This document shows positions 57,530-64,000 of a stretch of DNA of 64,000 nt, piece by piece (the stretch's first letter is position 1; each line of letters opens with the position of its first letter). A program made the translations under genes and the position numbers. Where the stretch lies: contig CANHQR010000004.1 in NCBI GenBank assembly GCA_947462815.1, positions 13,099 to 77,098 on the forward strand. The letters are read 5' to 3'. The notes beneath the pieces are model-generated. The model did not search any database. It saw only the letters and a list, made by a program, of their open reading frames with translations, and had not been told where the DNA came from. Origin of the DNA: Pseudobdellovibrionaceae bacterium. Lineage in GTDB: Bacteria; Bdellovibrionota; Bdellovibrionia; Bdellovibrionales; JAMPXM01.

Positions 57530-59881
57530 ATGGGGCCAAGCTGGGCTCTCATTCGAAAAAAGGATTGCGGCTTGCATCACCCAAATGAGTCACGACCCGC
57601 AAAGCTTAGGCTGAATTACCTCATCGTTTTGCTGAAGCTGAATTTTCTTTTGACAGGCTGTGTGCTTTTGGCCGGTCAACCCGATTCCCGAAGTCAGGCG
57701 CAAAGATTCGCGAGCTTTGAGGCCGGCCGCCCAGTTCTTGAAGCCTCAACGACAGTTTACTGGAATAGGCATTCCGTGCCCTACATCCGAGCCTCCTCGG
57801 ACCGGGATCTGTTCGCGACTTGGGGCTACACGCACACCCACCTGCGTTGGGCCCAAATGGAGATTTTGCGTCGAATTTCACAAGGCCGACTCGCCGAGTC
57901 CGCCGGACCGCTCGCCATTGACCTCGATCACACCATTCGAATTCTTTCCCTCGATCGAGGTCTACAGGAAAGATGGCAAAGCCTGCCGGCTCTCACAAGA
58001 GTTTGGATTGAGGCTTTCGTCGAAGGGATCAACTCCTACATCGAAAGTCATGCAAACTCCAAAGAACAGCCTCGAGAGTTCGAATTGCTCGACATCCAGC
58101 CGACCGCCTGGACACCCATGGATGTTCTGCGCATCGGGCGACTGGCTGCCGCCGATCTGACCTTGGGCTTCTACTTCCAATACTTGAAGAATGAGGGCCG
58201 GCCCGGCTTCGAAGAGATGTGGCGAGAATATGATCGAGGTCGGGACCTAGGCCGCACCTCGGCTGCGACTCCACCTCGAGCCGATCTGCCACGCGTTTTG
58301 GATCAACTGGGCTTTCGTTTGCTCTGGGACACAACACGCAGTGGATCGAACTCTCTTGTGATCGGAAGGAAATGGACGGGCGAGGGAGCGCTGATAGCCA
58401 GTGATCCGCATGTGGGCATTTTTCTGCCGAATCTATGGGTCTTAAATGGCATCGAGTCGCCGAGTTTCCACGCCGTCGGCTTAAGTTTGCCGGGCTTACC
58501 CTTCATTGCATTGGGCCGCGCTCCTCAACACGCATGGGGCGGAACCAATATGCGAACGATTTCCTCTCATCTCTACGAGATCGAAGAGTCTGATCTGAAA
58601 AATTCCACATCTCGGATCGAGAAGATCCGGGTGCGCTGGTGGCCCGATGTGGAGCGTTCAGTTCGGCAGAGCTCGAAGGGTCCCATTCTCTCGGACTCAC
58701 CTTATTTTCGCCGATCATCTGGCCGTCTACCGCTCGCTCTTGATTGGATCGGCCATGACTTCGACGGCGACGAGATCTCAGCGTTTCTCGGTGCCGCGAG
58801 GGCCAAAAATTTTAAGCAGTTCAAGGAGGCCTTTCGTAACTATGCCGTCAGCGGGCAGTCGATCACTTATGCGGACCGTGACGGTCATATCGGTCTGGTG
58901 CTGGCGGCACGAGTCCGCAAGTTTTCACGTCCGGAGCTGAACTCTCTCGTGATCAAACCGGCGGCGGATCACAGTGTCGAATTCTTGCGGCCAACAGATC
59001 TTCCTCACCTCGAGAACCCTAGCGCAGGCTTCATCGCTTCTGCGAACAATCGGCCGCTCAAGACGCCCTTCGCTCTTGCCCAAAGTTATGCGCGAAACGA
59101 CCGCGTCGACAGGCTTCGTCGTTTGATGGAAGACCGAATAGAGAGACAACCTCAGCTCGGATTTGACCTCGAGTTTCTCAGGCAGGTGCAGCTCGACGTC
59201 GTTTCGGAATCATCTCGAGATCTTGCGCATCGCTTGGCCCAGAACTGGCCAGAGCACGCCATCACCCGCGCTCTGCGCGAATGGGATGGTCAGTATCGGG
59301 CCATAGATCACGCTCCCGTCATCTTCGAAGTCGCACTCGCTCATTTTGACGAGTTGACTTCATCACCAAAGGATCACGCCGATCTGAAACTCTTTAAGGA
59401 CCTCAAGACAAGACTTCAGGAACGCCTCGTCGCTGAACCAACGGTCCGATTATTCACGACCATCTTTGATCGGACTCTTAAGAGCCTCGGCACGCGCGAA
59501 GTCAATTGGGGAGACTATCACCGGCAGTCGCTCCAGACTCCCTTGGGAGCTCTTCCCCTCATTGGAAGTCGCTACCGCCGCGGCGAATTCCCGGCCGATG
59601 GTTCGAACGACACGCTCAACAAGTCCGGCCACCCCGTTAGCACCGGGCCCGCACAAGTTACCTACGGGGCCCAGTCACGCCATATCAGTCGGCTGTCCGA
59701 GCTCGATGCCAATGAGTTTGTACTTCTCGGCGGTCAAGATGGTTGGCTCTGGAATCCTCAAATCGACGATCAAGTGATGATGTGGCGAAAGGGCGAGTAC
59801 TTCCGCTTTCCCCTCTCTCGCGAAGGCGTTGAGAGCCTTTTCAACGCCCACGTGACCCGCTTTCCGAGCGTCGCAAAATGA
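57530..59881 (+). CDS. penicillin acylase family (Ntn-hydrolase) lipoprotein
   Basis: Lipobox LTGC; 'VPYI.A', 'R..QME..RR...GRLAE', 'GSNS' nucleophile, 'ASDPH', 'SANN', 'GGQDG'. Confidence 0.9.
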   Translation: MGPSWALIRKKDCGLHHPNESRPAKLRLNYLIVLLKLNFLLTGCVLLAGQPDSRSQAQRFASFEAGRPVLEASTTVYWNRHSVPYIRASSDRDLFATWGYTHTHLRWAQMEILRRISQGRLAESAGPLAIDLDHTIRILSLDRGLQERWQSLPALTRVWIEAFVEGINSYIESHANSKEQPREFELLDIQPTAWTPMDVLRIGRLAAADLTLGFYFQYLKNEGRPGFEEMWREYDRGRDLGRTSAATPPRADLPRVLDQLGFRLLWDTTRSGSNSLVIGRKWTGEGALIASDPHVGIFLPNLWVLNGIESPSFHAVGLSLPGLPFIALGRAPQHAWGGTNMRTISSHLYEIEESDLKNSTSRIEKIRVRWWPDVERSVRQSSKGPILSDSPYFRRSSGRLPLALDWIGHDFDGDEISAFLGAARAKNFKQFKEAFRNYAVSGQSITYADRDGHIGLVLAARVRKFSRPELNSLVIKPAADHSVEFLRPTDLPHLENPSAGFIASANNRPLKTPFALAQSYARNDRVDRLRRLMEDRIERQPQLGFDLEFLRQVQLDVVSESSRDLAHRLAQNWPEHAITRALREWDGQYRAIDHAPVIFEVALAHFDELTSSPKDHADLKLFKDLKTRLQERLVAEPTVRLFTTIFDRTLKSLGTREVNWGDYHRQSLQTPLGALPLIGSRYRRGEFPADGSNDTLNKSGHPVSTGPAQVTYGAQSRHISRLSELDANEFVLLGGQDGWLWNPQIDDQVMMWRKGEYFRFPLSREGVESLFNAHVTRFPSVAK

Positions 59882-60009
59882 AACAGCGGTGCCCACCGAA
59901 TCATCCGTAAAGGAATGAAGATGAATTTCAGACGATGATGAAGTGTGAGTCTTTGCCGACAGTCACGGCGCGAACTTAACTGTCTTGGGTAGGCTCCGAA
60001 AAGCAAAGC

Positions 60010-61191
60010 ATGCAAAGTGCTTCCTTAGCCCTTCGCCAGATCTCACAACTTGCACTCGGTGCCTTTGTCGCCGTGTTCACCCTCGTCAACTGTGCGCCCG
60101 TCGGCACTCACCTCGAGGCTCCGGCGTCCTCAAGTTCAGATCCGAACGACTCAAGCCCCACAACGGACCTCGGAGACGATCCAACACAGGCGGAACTTCC
60201 GCCCCTAATCACGCCGCCGACCGCCGAGGCGCCGGCGCTGAAGTTTTGCTCGAGTCTCGATTTCAAAGGCGTTGAATTCCCCGCAGGGATGTCGGCCGCC
60301 GAACGTCGAGCCTTCTCTGTTGCTCTCACAATTAGTGGCAGCTTCGAAGGCCCCAACGGATGGATCAACATCACCAATGACTTTGACGGCATGGGCCTCA
60401 GTGCAGGCCTTCTCAATCAAACTCTCGGCACGGGCTCGCTGCAACCCTTACTCCTTCGCGCCCGAGCGCGAGACCCTCGTGCCTTCGACGTGCTCAACCG
60501 AGATCGTCGTGCCTCCCTCAACGGCATGCTCGACCGCTGGCAAGCCGCGCGAAAATTCAAGACTTCGTCCTCTAAGATGCAATTCGGGCCTGATGAAGCG
60601 GGTGATGAAGAGAGCTCTCGGCTCGATGAAGACTTTCATCTGACTTCGTCAGACACCTCACTCGGCTCCAAAGAACTCAAAACCGTATCGACGCTCGCCA
60701 CCTTGGCTTCCGCCGAGCAGAGCAGTGTGGAATGGGCCCGAGACAATCTCTACCAGCCCTCCCCGCGACAGGCGCATTTCCGCCCCGAGTGGAAGCGCGA
60801 GCTTCAACTCCTACTCGCTACACCTGCAGTTCGCACCGAGCAAGTTCTCGCGGCCCTCCAACTCCATGCTCGAGCAAAGCAATATGCGCAACGACTCGGG
60901 CGCAAAGATCTTCGTCACTACCTCACGATGTTCGATATTGCGGTTCAAAACGGGGGCTTGAAGTCCGAGGAGTTTGGGCGTGTCGAGGCTTGGGCCAACA
61001 GTCGTCGGTGGTCCGACACCGATCGCCTGAGGCATCTCGTGGAGATCCGCATCGAGCGCGTTCGCACACAGTATAAAGAGGATGTCCGGCGTCGGAAATT
61101 CTCACTCATCACCGGTGAGGGCAACGTGCATGGGCGAATGCGACGCCATGAGAAGGAAGCCTGTATCCGTCTCACCGAAGCCGCATTCTGA
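60010..61191 (+). CDS. lipoprotein with a lysozyme-like catalytic domain, putative peptidoglycan hydrolase
   Basis: Lipobox LVNC, Pro/Ser linker, 'ISGSFEG', 'NDFDGMGLSAGLLNQ..G.GSLQPL', 'MFDIAVQNGG', 'DVRRRK..I.TG.G.VHG'. Confidence 0.65.
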   Translation: MQSASLALRQISQLALGAFVAVFTLVNCAPVGTHLEAPASSSSDPNDSSPTTDLGDDPTQAELPPLITPPTAEAPALKFCSSLDFKGVEFPAGMSAAERRAFSVALTISGSFEGPNGWINITNDFDGMGLSAGLLNQTLGTGSLQPLLLRARARDPRAFDVLNRDRRASLNGMLDRWQAARKFKTSSSKMQFGPDEAGDEESSRLDEDFHLTSSDTSLGSKELKTVSTLATLASAEQSSVEWARDNLYQPSPRQAHFRPEWKRELQLLLATPAVRTEQVLAALQLHARAKQYAQRLGRKDLRHYLTMFDIAVQNGGLKSEEFGRVEAWANSRRWSDTDRLRHLVEIRIERVRTQYKEDVRRRKFSLITGEGNVHGRMRRHEKEACIRLTEAAF

Positions 61192-61426
61192 AGAGTCCTG
61201 CGATCCAGACGTCGACCTGCCTGAGTCAGGCGAGGCTTCGTTCTTATAAATTTAGAAAAATAAAAACAGTCTACCGCTTCCCGCTCGACTCAGTTCGAGA
61301 CAAATTCTCAGGGATAATAATTCCCAAGCATCCCGTTGTTATGAAAAATTGAAATCGTCAAAGAGACCGTCGAGCAAAATTTGATCAGCTCATCCCCGTG
61401 ATATTCTGAGGGTCGGAGGTCTTCCG

Positions 61427-61849
61427 ATGCAGTCTCGAGGAGTCGTCACGGTGTTTTATGATGGTCTTTGCGTGCTCTGCTCACGTGAGATTGATCACTA
61501 TCGAAATCAAATGGGTGCCGACGCGCTTCGCTTCGTCGACATCACGAATGTGCAATTCGACGCTCAACGCGAAGGGGTCGATCCTTTTCTTGTCCACAAG
61601 GTGATGCACGCTAAGACCGCCGATGGCCAGCTCCGCACAGAGGTGGATGCCTTCATCGCAATTTGGGAGCAACTGCCTCGCTATCACTTTGCCGCTCGAT
61701 TGGCCAGTCATGCCTGGCTTCGGCCCATCCTCGATCTTGGCTATCAGGGCTTCGCACGAATTCGCCCGTGGCTTCCTCGGCGCGATCGCAAGGGTTGCGA
61801 ACAAAGTCCCTACTGCGAAACAAAATCGCCCCGGACCTCACCCCTCTGA
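61427..61849 (+). CDS. DCC1-like thiol-disulfide oxidoreductase (DUF393)
   Basis: 'VFYDGLCVLC' (DxxCxxC), 'FVDI', 'DAF...W'. Confidence 0.9.
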   Translation: MQSRGVVTVFYDGLCVLCSREIDHYRNQMGADALRFVDITNVQFDAQREGVDPFLVHKVMHAKTADGQLRTEVDAFIAIWEQLPRYHFAARLASHAWLRPILDLGYQGFARIRPWLPRRDRKGCEQSPYCETKSPRTSPL

Positions 61850-61980
61850 GCGCCTCGCCGCACTCGCTTCGTGCGACTTAAGTTTAAGTTGAGTCAGACT
61901 GATCTCGACGCCACAATCCAGTGATCCTATTCTCTGAGAAGAGCAGCTGTGACAAGCGTCCACGAGCGAAAGGCGAAAAC

Positions 61981-62610
61981 GTGTTTCCATCATCTTGGCT
62001 TCAGCATCTCAAGACCTTCGCCCTTCCCCTCCTCATCGGACTCCTGTCCCTGGGTTACCTCAGCGTGGCGTCCGCGTCGGCGGCCCCCGAGTTTCCAGAG
62101 GGACAATCCTGTGCAGCGTGGAAAACTAAAAAGCGTATGTTCTTGGTGCGCTCCGTGGAGCCCGTCGGGATTTCCTGCGAGCTCAAGGTTGAACGCAATT
62201 TCAACGAGAGTCATCCACCTCAGTTGCAAAGTCTCAGGATCTCGGTGCCGGTTGCTTCTCTCAACAGTGGTGAGGCAGAACGCGACGCCGAAGTCGTCAA
62301 GCTTCTCAAGGGTGAAAGCTTTCCCCATATTGTGATCGCGACCGAGAAGCTCGAGCCCTCCGCCGTCGAGCAGTTTCACAAAGGTGAAAAGCTCCAAGTT
62401 CGAGGACGCATTGAAGTGGGTGGCCAGTCGATCGAGCGGAACTTTTCAGTGCAAAAAGACTCGCAGGGCTTCGCACGCGTGAGCCTCGAGGCGCGGTTCA
62501 AAGACTTCGGGATTCAAGCGCCGCGAGTGGCCGGCGGTGTCGTTGCGCAAGTGCAAGATCAGCTGGAGCTTCACGCGCAAATCCAGATTTCAGAAATGGT
62601 GCCCAAGTGA
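61981..62610 (+). CDS. YceI-like periplasmic protein
   Basis: Signal peptide; 'VPVASLNSG..ERD', 'FP.I', 'FKDFGI..P'. Confidence 0.75.
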   Translation: MFPSSWLQHLKTFALPLLIGLLSLGYLSVASASAAPEFPEGQSCAAWKTKKRMFLVRSVEPVGISCELKVERNFNESHPPQLQSLRISVPVASLNSGEAERDAEVVKLLKGESFPHIVIATEKLEPSAVEQFHKGEKLQVRGRIEVGGQSIERNFSVQKDSQGFARVSLEARFKDFGIQAPRVAGGVVAQVQDQLELHAQIQISEMVPK

Positions 62611-63365
62611 AGATGCGATCGAGCTCACTCACCCTCCTCGCTTTCGGCTTGAGCCTGAGTGCTGTAGGTGTTTCTCAGGAAGCTCGTGCGAGCTGGGGCC
62701 TTGGCGTCGGACTCCACCAAAGACACTCTTTCACTTATACTGCTGAGGATGGGGATCGCGGCGGCCTCGGAGCCGAGTTCTCGGCGACGCGCTCCGGCTC
62801 AGTCGGGCTAGCGCAGTCGCGAATGCCGTCTCTCGAAGCGCATTGGTACAAGTCGCAATTTGCAGCCACCGGACCCCTCGCTCGGCTTCGCTTCACTCCT
62901 TGGTCCAAACAACTCCGCGCCGATCAAGACGTGGAGACCGGTTGGGATGGATCACTGCAGGTCGGTCACAGTTGGAGCGGACCAGAGATGGGTGCTTTGA
63001 CGGTCGCCGCGGAATTTGGTGCCGTTCTTCGCGCTTATATCGCCACACAACGCATTCGCATTCCGAGCACGAGCATGGCGGGTGCTTTCTCATCGTTGAT
63101 CGTAAACCGCCAGCCCTGGTCTTTGCAGCTCGAGCTCTCGCTGCTCGCATTTTCCCTCTCGGGTCATGAAAGCTGGGGGTTTCACCGCGACTCCAATTCA
63201 CTGAGGATTCGCGGCATGCGCCATTTCAACGAAGAGAAGGATTGGACAATCTGGGGTGAGTTCTTTCACCTCCATCGAACATTTACGAATTCTGAGTTCG
63301 GATTCTCTCGCTCCGTGTTCCTATCGGACGTGACCTTCGGCCTCGGCGTGAGTCGCTCTCTCTAG
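62607..63365 (+). CDS. outer-membrane beta-barrel-like hypothetical protein
   Basis: Signal peptide (ARA-S), alternating beta strands, terminal strand 'TFGLGVSRSL'; overlaps the YceI-like stop. Confidence 0.6.
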   Translation: MKMRSSSLTLLAFGLSLSAVGVSQEARASWGLGVGLHQRHSFTYTAEDGDRGGLGAEFSATRSGSVGLAQSRMPSLEAHWYKSQFAATGPLARLRFTPWSKQLRADQDVETGWDGSLQVGHSWSGPEMGALTVAAEFGAVLRAYIATQRIRIPSTSMAGAFSSLIVNRQPWSLQLELSLLAFSLSGHESWGFHRDSNSLRIRGMRHFNEEKDWTIWGEFFHLHRTFTNSEFGFSRSVFLSDVTFGLGVSRSL

Positions 63366-63405
63366 ACCCGATGGTCTCTAAGAATGACATCGTCGAGCCC
63401 AAGCT

Positions 63406-63852
63406 TCAGGATTTGCGGGCTTCGCGCGAAATCTCAATAAGGGCATTCAGGGCGTCCGTAACAGTGAAGATTCCCAACAGCTGATCTCCTTCCGTCACCA
63501 AGACGCTGCCGATCTTCCGACTCGACATTTCCAGCGCGACCCCATCAATCGTCGAATTCGCATCGACCGAAACCGGATCTCGCGCCATGATGTCAGCGGC
63601 TCGCACCGAGAGCTTCTCAGCAAGCTGAAGTCCGGTGACCACCTTGAGGTCTCGCTCACTGACAATACCCACGACCGCAGATCCACGCACGATCGGCAAA
63701 TGACGGATCCCATGTTCTTTCATCAAGCGTTCGAGCTCTTCGACATGAGCCGTCTCCAGAGCCGTCACAGGATTCGGCGTCGTGTACTCTTCAACAGGCA
63801 CGTCGAACCGAATACGAGTCAGCTCCGCTGCCGAACGACCGGTGTGATTCAT
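63406..63852 (-). CDS. CBS-domain pair protein
   Basis: 'IRHLPIV..VVGIVSERDL', 'IGSVLV..LLGIFTVTD'. Confidence 0.9.
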   Translation of the reverse strand: MNHTGRSAAELTRIRFDVPVEEYTTPNPVTALETAHVEELERLMKEHGIRHLPIVRGSAVVGIVSERDLKVVTGLQLAEKLSVRAADIMARDPVSVDANSTIDGVALEMSSRKIGSVLVTEGDQLLGIFTVTDALNALIEISREARKS

Positions 63853-64000
63853 GGAATTCTCCTTGGGCCATTTCGGCGCCTTAAACCTTCTGAGTCCGAG
63901 GTTCCCTGTGAGCCCTCAGCATGGTCAATGAGGTAACTCTAATCCGCGTCCAAAGCACAACGCATCGAGACGTTTTGGCCCTAAAAGCAAGTTTGGAGAA

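Noticed and set aside
43211-64000. attR duplicate of the ssrA 3' end, or an integrase
   Set aside because: No second copy of the ssrA 3' end and no tyrosine or serine recombinase was seen by eye.

Overview
A gene-dense bacterial chromosome segment, most likely from a Bdellovibrionota (predatory) lineage. This is inferred from the tmRNA tag GNDYALAA and the many secreted lysozyme-fold, protease and orphan proteins. It contains ABC-2, amino-acid and metal ABC transporters, QmcA/NfeD, kefC-kefF/G, a membrane MutS-like ATPase and a second CPA2 antiporter. It also has a multi-PAS histidine kinase with its receiver, a Tat-exported intradiol dioxygenase operon, and a hemerythrin plus REC/PilZ-like pair in which the latter carries an in-frame stop. 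An intact tmRNA (42863-43210) is followed by about 11 kb of island-like DNA: an intact IS3, a decayed IS3, truncated genes, an HPF/NhaR-like/TerC module and a LysR-icd-DUF6671 module. Best candidates for undescribed systems: (1) two adjacent, otherwise unrelated secreted proteins whose only mature-region cysteine lies in a shared C-terminal G-x-[RK]-C-x-x-L-F motif, a possible sorting/attachment signal; (2) a six-gene metal-capture operon under a Fur-family palindrome, with His/Cys-rich secreted, lipoprotein and porin components; (3) the LysR-icd-DUF6671 / NhaR-like-TerC-HPF module, possibly a pH/CO2 response unit. No CRISPR array, rRNA or tRNA was found. All family assignments are by-eye motif recognition, not database searches.
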